Below, in pieces: positions 1 through 9,099 of a stretch of 32,000 nt of DNA. Origin of the DNA: Bacterioplanes sanyensis. Lineage in GTDB: Bacteria > Pseudomonadota > Gammaproteobacteria > Pseudomonadales > Oceanobacteraceae. The position numbers and the translations under genes are program-made. Under the pieces are notes generated by a model, which had not been told where the DNA came from, did not search any database, and worked only from the letters and a program-made list of their open reading frames with translations. The stretch covers positions 1,887,248-1,919,247 of the forward strand of contig NZ_CP022530.1 in the NCBI RefSeq assembly GCF_002237535.1. Direction: 5' to 3'. Position 1 is the first letter of the stretch. The number at the start of each line of letters is the position of its first letter.

Positions 1-1
1 G

Positions 2-190
2 TTCAAAGGCACGGCGGCGTTGATGTTGTTTGCGCTGTCGCTGGCGTGGTTTTCACTGCTGGCCTGCTGGCTGTCTTCGTCGTCCATGCAACAGCGATTG
101 CAGCGTGCCAGCCGTTATATCGACGCCGTGTGTGGCACGGTGTTTAGCGTGCTCGGCGGCAGCATCGTGTTGAGCCGGGTATTGGGGTAG
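2..190 (+). CDS. 3' end of a LysE/RhtB-family amino-acid exporter gene (partial, runs off the left edge)
   Basis: Open frame from nt 2 to TAG at 188-190. It translates to FKGTAALMLFALSLAWFSLLACWLSS...QRLQRASRYIDAVCGTVFSVLGGSIVLSRVLG. The hydrophobic helices and the R-x-I-D-x-V-x-G-x-V-F-x-x-L-G type C-terminus resemble LysE/RhtB translocators. It is convergent with an Lrp-type regulator. Too short for the ORF track; the family call is from memory only. Confidence 0.5.
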   Translation, partial: FKGTAALMLFALSLAWFSLLACWLSSSSMQQRLQRASRYIDAVCGTVFSVLGGSIVLSRVLG

Positions 191-361
191 CCACAGGTAG
201 CACTCGCTGCAGGAGCCGGTGGGTGAATTCATCACGTTGGTTTAAACACCGGCTGCACTATGCGGCTGACGATATTAGGCTGGCGAGCAACTGAACCTCA
301 GCTAGCCCAAGCCCAGCTCGCCCGTTGATGCATCACAGCGCCAAGGGCAGGGCTCTGGCGA

Positions 362-862
362 TCATTTTAATTCATCGTTGAGCAGCCCCAGTGGCAGCTC
401 GGTGGTGTACTTCAACTGGGTGATGGCGACGCTGCTGTGCACCTCTCGCACCGCGGGCATTTGCGATAAATGGTCGCGGAAAAAACGCTCATACCCCTGA
501 ATGTCTTTCACCAGAATGCGCAAATGGAAGTCCATGCTGCCAGTCATGGTGTAGCACTCGGTCACTTCTGGAAAGGCACAAATGGCTTCTTCGAACTCTC
601 TTAATGACTGATCGGCATGACCGCTTAGCCTTACATTCACAAATACCACCACGCCCAGCCCGAGCTTTTGTGCGTCCAATAGCGCCACTCGCCGGCGAAT
701 CAGGCCGGCTTGCTCTAAGCGGTTTATCCGACGCCAACACGGCGACTGTGACAGTCCCACTTGATTGGCCACTTCGGCCACTGAAAGGGTGGCGTCCTGT
801 TGCAATATGGCGAGGATTTTCTTGTCGATTTTGGTCCATTTTTCCTGGGATAAATCTTCCAC
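362..862 (-). CDS. Lrp/AsnC-family transcriptional regulator
   Basis: 166-aa ORF with an N-terminal HTH (IDKKILAILQQDATLSVAEVANQVGLSQSPCWRRINRLEQAGLI) and a C-terminal RAM/AsnC-type ligand domain (VFVNVRL...TECYTMTGSMDFHLRILV). Start is GTG at 862 with AAGAGA about 9 nt upstream. It is divergent from the IOR/dehydrogenase operon. Confidence 0.92.
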   Translation of the reverse strand: MEDLSQEKWTKIDKKILAILQQDATLSVAEVANQVGLSQSPCWRRINRLEQAGLIRRRVALLDAQKLGLGVVVFVNVRLSGHADQSLREFEEAICAFPEVTECYTMTGSMDFHLRILVKDIQGYERFFRDHLSQMPAVREVHSSVAITQLKYTTELPLGLLNDELK

Positions 863-1075
863 TGAGTAAATCTCTTGAGGATAAATCTTTCTAAAAGTTA
901 CTCGTGACAGAACGTTTTGGCAAATTTTATGTTTTTTGTTGGAAGCTATGGCTCAAGTCATCTTGGCTGTGATAACTGTTTAATAAGGCTGACGCAGAAA
1001 CAGGTAAATCCAAACGCTTGTTTAAAAAGTCAGGGAGCCGACTCAACAACAATAACAATGCGCAGGAGCTCAACC

Positions 1076-4000
1076 ATGAGACTGCAATCCGTATCGCTTG
1101 ATGATAAGTACACCCGCAATGACGGTCCGGTTTACATGACGGGCATCCAGGCATTGGTGCGTTTGCCCATGTTGCAGGCTGCGCGTGACAAAGCCGCTGG
1201 CTTAAACACGGCGGGCTACATATCCGGTTATCGTGGCTCGCCCCTGGGCGGGCTGGACGGCGCGCTGTGGAGCGCGCAAAAATTCCTCAAAAACCACAAT
1301 GTACGCTTTCAGCCCGCCATCAATGAAGACATGGGGGCGACGGCGGTGTGGGGCAGCCAACAGGCCAACATGTACGACGACGCCAAGTACGACGGCGTCT
1401 ATGCCATGTGGTACGGCAAAGGTCCGGGTGTTGATCGCTCGATGGACGTGTTCAAGCACGCCAACGCGGCCGGTACCTCGAAGCACGGTGGTGTGCTGCT
1501 GGTGGCCGGCGACGACCATGCGTCCAAGTCATCGACGTTGCCGCACCAAAGCGAGCACATGATGATTGGCGCCAGCATTCCGGTACTTAACCCCGCCGGT
1601 GTGCAAGAAGTGTTGGACTACGGTATTTATGGCTGGGAGCTGTCGCGCTACAGCGGCTGCTGGGTGTGTCTGAAGGCCATTACCGAAGTGATGGATAGCT
1701 CGCAGGTGGTGGATGTCGAGCAGAGCCGCATTCAGATCAATATGCCGAGCGATTTTGAACTGCCCGCCGACGGTGTGCACATCCGCTGGCCCGATTCGCC
1801 ACAAGCCCAGGAAGAGCGCTTAAACCGCTACAAAATCTACAGCGCCATTGCCTTTGCCAGAGCCAATGGTCTGAACAAAATCGTCGTTGATAGCAAAGAG
1901 CCGAAGCTCGGTATCATCACCACGGGCAAATCTTACCTGGATGTTCGCCAAGCGTTGGCGGACTTAGGCATCGACGATCAACTGGCCTGTGACATTGGCA
2001 TTCGGGTATTTAAAGTGGGCATGAGCTGGCCGCTGGACCCGGTGCTGACGCACGAATTCGCCAAAGGCTTGGAAGAAGTGTTGGTGGTGGAGGAAAAACG
2101 CTCCATCTTGGAAGACCAGCTGACCGGGCAATTGTACAACTGGCCAGTGGAAGAGCGGCCACGCGTGGTGGGTGAGTTTGACGAGCAACGCAATGTATTG
2201 CTGCCCAACACCACCGAATTGACGCCAGCGATGATCGCACGCGTCATTGCCGATCGCATTAAACAGTTCTACACCAGCGATGTGGTGCAAGAGCGGTTGG
2301 AGTTCTTAAACAAAAAAGAAGAGGCGCTGGCCAAACCTCGCACTGGCATTGACCGGGTGCCACATTATTGTTCCGGCTGTCCGCACAACAGCTCCACCAA
2401 GGTACCAGAAGGCAGTCGCGCGTTAGGCGGCATTGGTTGCCACTACATGGTGAACTGGATGGATCGCTCGACCTCGACCTTCACCCAAATGGGCGGCGAA
2501 GGGGTGACCTGGGTCGGCCAGGCGCCTTTTGTCGGTGATAAGCATGTATTCCAGAACCTAGGTGACGGTACGTATTTCCATTCCGGTAGTTTGGCCATTC
2601 GTCAGGCCATTGCTTCCGGTGCCAATATTACCTACAAAATTTTGTACAACGACGCCGTCGCCATGACCGGTGGCCAGCCGTTGGATGGCACCATGAGTGT
2701 GATGCAATTAACTCATCAACTCTACGGTGAAGGCGTTAAGCATATTTATTTGGTCAGTGACGATTTGTCCAAATACACCAATAAATACGAATTTGCCGAT
2801 GGCACCAAATTCTTTGACCGCAAAGAAATGGAATTTGTGCAAAAAACCATGCGCGAGTTGCCCGGTGTCTCTGTACTGATTTATGAGCAAACCTGTGCGG
2901 CGGAAAAGCGTCGCCGGCGTAAGCGCGGCAAGATGCCAGATCCGCAAAAGCGCGTGATTATTAATCAAGACGTGTGCGAAGGCTGCGGTGATTGCAGTGT
3001 GCAATCCAATTGTTTATCAGTGGTGCCAAAAGAAACCGAGCTGGGTCGCAAGCGCAGTATCGACCAGGATGCCTGCAACAAAGATTTCAGCTGTTTGGAT
3101 GGCTTTTGCCCGAGCTTCGTGACGGTCGAAGGCGGCAGTCTGAAAAAACACATTCCCGATGCCAATGTGGTGAATCAGGCGCCGTCGCTGTTAAACCTGC
3201 CTGAACCAGCACTGGCCGACGCCAGCAACACTTGGAATTTGGTACTGACGGGCGTGGGTGGCACTGGTGTGGTGACCACGGCGGCAGTCATGGGCATGGC
3301 GGCTCATATCCAAGGGTTAGGAGTATCGGTATTGGATATGACCGGCCTGGCGCAAAAATTCGGTGCGGTGGTCAGCCATGTGCGCTTTGCCAATAAACCT
3401 GCCGACATTAACGCGGTACGTATTCCAGCGGGCGAGGCTAACTTGCTGCTGGGTTGCGACTTGGTGGTGAGCGCCAGCGACGATACCTTGGCCAAGGTCA
3501 ACGATAAACTCACCTACGGCATTATTAACGATCACGAAGCCATTACCGCCGAGTTTACTCGCAACGCCGATGCACAGTTCCCGGCCAAGTCGATGAAAGA
3601 CACCATCGCCGATGCAGTGGGTGCAGATAAAACTCGCTTTGTTAATGCCACTCGCTTGGCCAAAGCCTTGCTGGGGGATGCCATGGCCACCAACATGTTT
3701 ATGATTGGTTATGCCATGCAAAAAGGTTTAATGCCGATTTCACCAGCGGCGCTGGACCAAGCGATCGAGCTGAATGGCGCAGCGGTCGAAGCCAACAAGC
3801 AAGCCGTATTGTGGGGCCGTCGTGCCGCTCATGATCAGCTGGCGGTAGAAACCATTGTCAATCAGCTGCCGGGCACCCCTAAGCCATTCCAGCCTCTGGA
3901 AGACCTGGGCGAGATTATTGCCGATCGCGTTCGACGTCTGACCGACTATCAGGACGCCGCGTATGCGCAGCAATACCAACAATTGGTGCAGGAAGTGCAG

Positions 4001-4570
4001 CAAGCGGAGCAAGAAAAATGCGCCGGCAGTACACGACTGACTAAATTGGTGGCGCGCAACCTGTATAAAGTGATGGCGTATAAGGACGAATACGAAGTCG
4101 CTCGCATGATGGCTGACCCTGCCTTTATCGACAGTGTGCGCCAGCAATTCGATGGCAAATTTAAGTTGAATTTCCATCTGGCGCCGCCGCTTTGGTCAAA
4201 AGTAAATCGCGGCACTGGCCGACCGATTAAGCGCGAATTTGGCCCCTGGATGATGAAAGCGTTTCGTGTGTTACGTCACTTTAAAGGTTTGCGCGGAACA
4301 CAGCTGGATATCTTTGGTTACCACCCCGAGCGCCGCGAAGAGCGTGCCTTGGTAAAACGCTATCAGACAACGCTGCGCGACATGCTGAAACAGCTATCAG
4401 CCAGCAACGTTACCGTGGCGATGCAATATGCGCAGTTGCCCAGCGATATTCGCGGCTTTGGGCCGGTCAAAATGGCCAGCCTGGAAAAAGCAAAACAACA
4501 AGAACAGGTATTACTGGAGCAGTTTTTTGGTAGTCCAGTAAAGACCTTCCAACCGGCCAGTCAGAGGTAA
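1076..4570 (+). CDS. Indolepyruvate/2-oxoacid:ferredoxin oxidoreductase family protein (fused alpha-beta, about 1164 aa)
   Basis: N-terminus SVSLDDKYTRNDGPVYMTGIQALVRLPM is typical of this family. Other marks are TPP-binding GDGTYFHSG, a 4Fe-4S ferredoxin-like CEGCGDCSVQSNC...C..DFSC.DGFCPSF, and a C-terminal gamma-like domain. I moved the start from the track's TTG at 917 to ATG 1076, which has AGGAG 7 nt upstream. ATG 1058 is an alternative. Confidence 0.9.
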   Translation: MRLQSVSLDDKYTRNDGPVYMTGIQALVRLPMLQAARDKAAGLNTAGYISGYRGSPLGGLDGALWSAQKFLKNHNVRFQPAINEDMGATAVWGSQQANMYDDAKYDGVYAMWYGKGPGVDRSMDVFKHANAAGTSKHGGVLLVAGDDHASKSSTLPHQSEHMMIGASIPVLNPAGVQEVLDYGIYGWELSRYSGCWVCLKAITEVMDSSQVVDVEQSRIQINMPSDFELPADGVHIRWPDSPQAQEERLNRYKIYSAIAFARANGLNKIVVDSKEPKLGIITTGKSYLDVRQALADLGIDDQLACDIGIRVFKVGMSWPLDPVLTHEFAKGLEEVLVVEEKRSILEDQLTGQLYNWPVEERPRVVGEFDEQRNVLLPNTTELTPAMIARVIADRIKQFYTSDVVQERLEFLNKKEEALAKPRTGIDRVPHYCSGCPHNSSTKVPEGSRALGGIGCHYMVNWMDRSTSTFTQMGGEGVTWVGQAPFVGDKHVFQNLGDGTYFHSGSLAIRQAIASGANITYKILYNDAVAMTGGQPLDGTMSVMQLTHQLYGEGVKHIYLVSDDLSKYTNKYEFADGTKFFDRKEMEFVQKTMRELPGVSVLIYEQTCAAEKRRRRKRGKMPDPQKRVIINQDVCEGCGDCSVQSNCLSVVPKETELGRKRSIDQDACNKDFSCLDGFCPSFVTVEGGSLKKHIPDANVVNQAPSLLNLPEPALADASNTWNLVLTGVGGTGVVTTAAVMGMAAHIQGLGVSVLDMTGLAQKFGAVVSHVRFANKPADINAVRIPAGEANLLLGCDLVVSASDDTLAKVNDKLTYGIINDHEAITAEFTRNADAQFPAKSMKDTIADAVGADKTRFVNATRLAKALLGDAMATNMFMIGYAMQKGLMPISPAALDQAIELNGAAVEANKQAVLWGRRAAHDQLAVETIVNQLPGTPKPFQPLEDLGEIIADRVRRLTDYQDAAYAQQYQQLVQEVQQAEQEKCAGSTRLTKLVARNLYKVMAYKDEYEVARMMADPAFIDSVRQQFDGKFKLNFHLAPPLWSKVNRGTGRPIKREFGPWMMKAFRVLRHFKGLRGTQLDIFGYHPERREERALVKRYQTTLRDMLKQLSASNVTVAMQYAQLPSDIRGFGPVKMASLEKAKQQEQVLLEQFFGSPVKTFQPASQR

Positions 4571-4573
4571 GTT

Positions 4574-5644
4574 ATGTCCGTTTTTTCACACAAAGATTTT
4601 GATCATCACGAAGACGTGCACTTTCACCATGACCCGGCAACGGGTCTAAAAGCCATCGTTGCGGTGCACAATACCAGCCGGGGCCCAGCCTTGGGTGGCT
4701 GTCGCATGTTTGCTTACCAGTCTGACGAAGAAGCATTGAGCGATGTGCTGCGCCTGTCTCGTGGTATGAGTTATAAATCGGCCATGGCCAATCTGCCGTT
4801 GGGTGGAGGGAAGTCCGTTATCATCGGTGACCCGTCGGCGATGAAAACCCCCGCGCTGTTGCAAGCCATGGGTAAGTTTGTGCATTCACTGGGCGGTCAA
4901 TACATTGCGGCTGAAGACTCAGGCACCAGTGTGCCCGATATTGAGCAAATGGGTTCCATGACACCGCATGTTGCGGGTATTCAAAGCAAGCTCGATGTTG
5001 ATGGCAACCCCGTGTCCGGCGATCCATCGCCGTCCACTGCCTACGGGGTATTTGTCGGTATCAAAGCCGCCGTGCAGCATAAATTGCAGCGCGATCTAAA
5101 TGGCGTGAAGGTGGCGATTCAAGGCTTGGGTAATGTCGGTATGTATTTGGCGCAGTATTTGGCCGACGCTGGCGCTAAGCTGACCGTGTGTGACATTAAC
5201 GAAGAAAAACTCAACATGGCGAAGCTGCGTTGGAACGCCAATATCGTCAGCGTAGAAGATATCTTTGCTGCCGACGTCGACGTATTTGCACCCTGCGCCA
5301 TGGGCGGTGCCATTAACGATCAAACGTTACCGCAGATTAAAGCCACTGTGATTGCCGGTGCTGCCAACAACCAGCTGGCTGAAAAGCACCACGACCAAGC
5401 GGTGCTGGAGCGCGGTATTCTGTATGCACCCGATTACGTAATTAATGCCGGTGGCATTATCGATGTGTCGTACGAAGGGCCAGAATACTCGGCTAAAAAA
5501 GCGCGTACCCATATTGATGGCATTGGCGATACTTTGGCAGAGATCTTTGAGCGTTCCGACGCCACTGGCCAACCAACCGAACTGCTCGCTAACAAAATTG
5601 CGGAAGAGCGCTTACAACTTCGAACCCCAGAGCATAGCCTCTGA
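4574..5644 (+). CDS. Leu/Phe/Val (branched-chain amino acid) dehydrogenase, Glu/Leu/Phe/Val dehydrogenase family
   Basis: 356 aa. It matches Bacillus leucine dehydrogenase as I remember it: [30 protein letters not shown]...[20 protein letters not shown] Rossmann motif, [26 protein letters not shown]. The ATG lies 3 nt after the IOR stop, with AGAGG as SD, so it is co-transcribed. Substrate specificity was not determined. Confidence 0.9.
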   Translation: MSVFSHKDFDHHEDVHFHHDPATGLKAIVAVHNTSRGPALGGCRMFAYQSDEEALSDVLRLSRGMSYKSAMANLPLGGGKSVIIGDPSAMKTPALLQAMGKFVHSLGGQYIAAEDSGTSVPDIEQMGSMTPHVAGIQSKLDVDGNPVSGDPSPSTAYGVFVGIKAAVQHKLQRDLNGVKVAIQGLGNVGMYLAQYLADAGAKLTVCDINEEKLNMAKLRWNANIVSVEDIFAADVDVFAPCAMGGAINDQTLPQIKATVIAGAANNQLAEKHHDQAVLERGILYAPDYVINAGGIIDVSYEGPEYSAKKARTHIDGIGDTLAEIFERSDATGQPTELLANKIAEERLQLRTPEHSL

Positions 5645-5653
5645 TCTCCCCTT

Positions 5654-5682
5654 GGCAGCCACGTTTGTGGCTGCCCTTTTTC
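5654..5682 (+). terminator. Rho-independent terminator after the dehydrogenase gene
   Basis: Perfect 9-bp GC-rich stem GGCAGCCAC (5654-5662) / GTGGCTGCC (5667-5675) with loop GTTT, followed by CTTTTTC. It starts 10 nt after the stop codon. Confidence 0.8.
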
Positions 5683-5782
5683 TATTTGGCCAAAGGCCGA
5701 AATTACTTTTTTACTTGTGAGTTGCCAGGCGCATGCTCAGAGCCTGTCGACATTAAATACATTGAGCCAGCTTTGACAACGA

Positions 5783-6178
5783 CTATTCTGGAAACCTTGC
5801 GTAGGACTTTAGTCCCTCCAGCCCGGACTCCCAGTCGGCTTGACTTGCGGTGAATATGTGCGCGTCCGGCGTCCTAGATATTTGGCTGTCGAGACTGCCT
5901 GCGGGGACGGAGCAAAACCCATTGGTCGTATTTGGTACTGCAGAGCCACACTGGCAGCAAAAACTCTTGCTGTGCCGTGTCGGCGTGAGCTTGAACGTTT
6001 TTACTTTATCTTCACCTGTTAGCCACACCAGCGCTTCTTTGCCGGTAAATAAGTTGGCTGCGTAGGCAGAGCCGGTATCCTTTTGGCAATGAGCACAGTG
6101 GCAGAGATAGAAATTTTTAAACTCTGCACGGATCTCGAAGGTGACATCGCCGCATAAGCAGGAGCCTTTTATCGTCAT
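5783..6178 (-). CDS. GFA-family (glutathione-dependent formaldehyde-activating / CENP-V-like) zinc protein
   Basis: MTIKGSCLCGDVTFE...CHCAHCQKDTGSAY...CCQCGS is the GFA Cys pattern. I prefer ATG 6178, which has purine-rich AAGAGAAAAG upstream and gives the family-typical M..KGSC.CG N-terminus. The track ORF extends to ATG 6205. Confidence 0.82.
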   Translation of the reverse strand: MTIKGSCLCGDVTFEIRAEFKNFYLCHCAHCQKDTGSAYAANLFTGKEALVWLTGEDKVKTFKLTPTRHSKSFCCQCGSAVPNTTNGFCSVPAGSLDSQISRTPDAHIFTASQADWESGLEGLKSYARFPE

Positions 6179-6216
6179 GGTGCTTTTCTCTTTGTGGATG
6201 GCCATTGGCGATAGCG

Positions 6217-6400
6217 CTCGGGCCTGTTAACACGAATTCGATCACGCTGTTCAGACATACCCCGAAGGGCTGGCGTCCGTTTTTTCTTGAGTCGCGTTAT
6301 TCGTTGCTTCTTTAACTGGTTAAACCACACGCCTCATGCCTTACTCAAGAAAAAACTGACGTCCAGTAGTAAAGAGCGAAATCGTGTTAACAGACCCTAG
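6217..6400 (-). mobile_element. MITE-like palindromic repeat element, copy 1 (184 bp)
   Basis: It is the reverse complement of 10872-11139. By hand alignment there are about 20 mismatches and two 1-nt gaps over 184 nt. Termini CTCGGGCCTGTTAACAC (6217-6233) and GTGTTAACAGACCCTAG (6384-6400) form a 17-bp TIR. An internal 18-bp inverted repeat pairs 6275-6292 with 6343-6360 (17/18). No ORF is present. Confidence 0.75.
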
Positions 6401-6436
6401 AAACGCTGCGGTTTTGTGGGCGCAGACGGTAAGCGT

Positions 6437-6781
6437 TTATTCCTCAGCCAAGGTCTGCTTAAACGACCGCACATATTCATTCACCGCACCGCGCTCACAA
6501 CTGCCATGAAACTCTACCCAATGCAGGGTATTGCCGATCAATACAATGCTGCCTGACACCACAAATGTCACGACTGGAAGACCCAGTGCCACGATGAGCG
6601 CGCATTGTTCGGCATTGTTTGCGTCTTTACATTCATGCCCTTCCAGAGGCACCGTTTCTAACGTCAGCTGCTTGGTGTACATGTCGCAGTGGCGGGCATA
6701 CCTTTGGTGTTTTTCAACCGCAGGGGAGAAGGCACAGGAGGCCAATAAAGCGCTAATAATGACACTGCATACCTTATGCAT
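6437..6781 (-). CDS. Hypothetical lipoprotein with one additional hydrophobic segment
   Basis: 114-aa ORF. It has a signal peptide with lipobox LLAS-C (MHKVCSVIISALLASC), a later hydrophobic stretch ALIVALGLPVVTFVVSGSIVLIG, and several Cys. It lies 62 nt downstream of the CoA-transferase gene on the same strand. I recognise no family. Confidence 0.55.
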   Translation of the reverse strand: MHKVCSVIISALLASCAFSPAVEKHQRYARHCDMYTKQLTLETVPLEGHECKDANNAEQCALIVALGLPVVTFVVSGSIVLIGNTLHWVEFHGSCERGAVNEYVRSFKQTLAEE

Positions 6782-6843
6782 TTTGCTCCGTCCTTAAAAA
6801 CTGACTCTCTAATATTGCTGGCTATGCAGGCCAGTAGCGATTG

Positions 6844-8196
6844 TTATCGCCACTGTGCGTTTGATGAACCCAAAGTTACCGCGCCAGTTGGCCAGTGGGG
6901 TTGTATTACAGAACCTGAAAACGGCACTTTAACCCGCTTTGCTTGCCCCCAGCTGGTGTGTTCAAGGGTGGTGCTGAAATCACTGTCTTGTCGACTTTCC
7001 ATGGCGATGGAGGCGTCAGACAGTGGGTTTGATATTAATAACTCTGCTACCGCTGCGAGTGATGTTTTTACCTGGCTCACCAGCCCGGCATCGCGCTTGA
7101 GCTCCAGTGCCTGAATCACCGCCGTTGCCATTAAATACCCTGTGGCGTGGTCCAGTGCCTGAACCGGTAATGGTTTCGGTCTGTCACTGCCTGACTGCGT
7201 CATGCCGTAGTCGGCAATGCCGCTGCTCATTTGTACCAGGCTGTCAAAGCCACGGCGGGTACTCCACTCGTTATTCCAGCCGTAGGCGTTGAGAGACACA
7301 TTGATTAACAGCGGATTAAGTGCCGACAAGCTGGCAGATGCGTAACCTAAATGCTCCAACGCATCGCTGCGATAGCCATGCACTAAAACGTCGGCTTGAG
7401 CGATCAGCTGCTCAAAGATGGCCCTGTCTGTCGAATTGTGCAGGTCGAGTCGCGCGCAACGTTTTCCCAGTGTCACCTCTTGCTCGATGCTGGGCTCGTG
7501 CCAATCTTTGGGATCAATTCTTAACACGTCGGCGCCAAATGCAGCTAAAAAGCGCGTTGCCACCGGACCTGCCAGAATACGGGTCAGATCCAATACTTTG
7601 ATACCGGCTAACGGGCTTGTCGGGTTGGGCTGGCTTGGTTGTGCTTGGTCGGTCTCAGAAAGTTGCCAATGCAGCTGAGGCTCATATTGCAATTGACTGC
7701 CCACTGGGTGCGAGCGCCATTGCTCAATAGAATGCATCGCAGCAGCACAGCCACCTTGTTCCACAACGGCCGTTTCGATGTCTTTAGCATTGTGCGCGCC
7801 AACCATCGCTTGTACAGAGTCTTTGTCGTCGGCGCAGCCTAATACGTTTAATGCCACCGCTTTGTGGTGGGGAGCATTGGTGTGCAAGCGGATCCAGCCG
7901 TCTTTGGCGAGGTAGTCTCCAGCGATGTTGTCCCAGGCACTGGCAATCTGCCAGCCTTGCGGCTGTACGGTAAAATCGAACCATAAATTAGCCAGCCGGA
8001 CATCCAGTTGGCCTACTTGATCGACTTTGGCATAGCGATGCAGCGCTCCCCACGCCAGTGACATGGTACTGCAGATTAAATCCGTCACGGCAAACCAACT
8101 GGGCAGGGTCTGTATATTGCTTAGCGTTGGCAGCGGTATGGGTGCCAAACCAGCAATGTTCAGTTGTTCGCACAGTTTGTTATGTAGATCCGTCAT
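6844..8196 (-). CDS. Family III CoA-transferase (CaiB/BaiF-like), about 450 aa with atypical domain order
   Basis: Signature LAGIKVLDLTRILAGPVATRFLAAFGADVLRIDP and the catalytic-Asp region VQALDHATGY are present. I moved the start from 8340 to ATG 8196 (MTDLHNK...), which has AGGA 8 nt upstream. The 48 upstream codons are not protein-like. Confidence 0.82.
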   Translation of the reverse strand: MTDLHNKLCEQLNIAGLAPIPLPTLSNIQTLPSWFAVTDLICSTMSLAWGALHRYAKVDQVGQLDVRLANLWFDFTVQPQGWQIASAWDNIAGDYLAKDGWIRLHTNAPHHKAVALNVLGCADDKDSVQAMVGAHNAKDIETAVVEQGGCAAAMHSIEQWRSHPVGSQLQYEPQLHWQLSETDQAQPSQPNPTSPLAGIKVLDLTRILAGPVATRFLAAFGADVLRIDPKDWHEPSIEQEVTLGKRCARLDLHNSTDRAIFEQLIAQADVLVHGYRSDALEHLGYASASLSALNPLLINVSLNAYGWNNEWSTRRGFDSLVQMSSGIADYGMTQSGSDRPKPLPVQALDHATGYLMATAVIQALELKRDAGLVSQVKTSLAAVAELLISNPLSDASIAMESRQDSDFSTTLEHTSWGQAKRVKVPFSGSVIQPHWPTGAVTLGSSNAQWR

Positions 8197-9099
8197 GCAG
8201 TCAATCCTATAGGCCGTTAGGGCGTTGATACGGATGATAACAGTACGGCATGTTATTGTGCATCTTGTCGGTTGCTGAATGCCGCTGCTTAGAGAAAAGC
8301 TAAAATAATGGTTGTAACGAAAATGGTTTTCAGGTTTCAAAGCATGATCACTTCCTCAGTGCCTGCGCTCGAAGAGAAAAGCTTTGAGTTTGATGTATGG
8401 CGCCAGGCTATGCGCCCGAAACTCCAGAAATAGTGCGGCTTAGATGAGCTGTGTCAGTGGCTGGTGATAAACGACTTTTGATGCACGACTTTGCGTAGGA
8501 AATCCTTGGTTGATATTTGGTTAAGCGACAAATCAACGGCCATCTATTGATTTATCAATAGCTCGATTGCCTGCGGTTTACAGAGTTCTATCTGTTAAAC
8601 AATGATGATCGCCAGTGGGGTGCTAGACCGTTACAGTGTCAGGCTAGATCCCCTGGAGTCAGCAGCAAGTGGCTAGCCGAGCTCTAGATTGAATACGCTC
8701 GGCTGATTTCGCCATTTTGCTGGCATATATCAAATACAACCGACAGGTTCGTGTACAGGTAACATGGTTCTCACGCACGCAAACTGTATGTGAACACCTA
8801 GGGCACGACGATGTTGGTGATTATTTAACATTTTCGAAATGCGTTGCGTAACCGAGTTGAGCTTCGAATCTACTATGTCGATCTAGAAAATCCTGGTATC
8901 AATCTAGCCTAGACTGGCACGAGCATATTGACGGAAAAGTGTATTCGTCGCTGGCGTACTGAGCAGAAGAAACGCGTTTTGGATTTGAAATAGACTTTTA
9001 CCAGAGTGGTATGACTAAATTTTTTTGGTGCTTGATGGGTTTATCACGAGCTACTTCAGGTCGTGCTTGGTACGCCTCGAGTGAGTTGGTGGAGCGTTG

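Noticed and set aside
53-235. 60-aa minus-strand ORF at the left edge
   Set aside because: It is antisense to the better-supported LysE/RhtB-like C-terminal frame, and its composition is not protein-like.
917-1075. Long N-terminal extensions proposed by the ORF track (917-1075, 8197-8340, 14344-14580, 21238-21579, 22240-22368, 28703-28741, 19090-19116)
   Set aside because: Several use TTG or GTG starts. The extra residues are not protein-like, and internal ATGs with SD sequences give family-typical N-termini. I trimmed these in the feature list.
8640-8915. 9-bp inverted match (CAGGCTAGAT / ATCTAGCCT), about 260 bp apart in the ORF-free region, considered as possible IS termini
   Set aside because: It is too short, the sequence between has no transposase-like coding capacity, and there are no flanking direct repeats.
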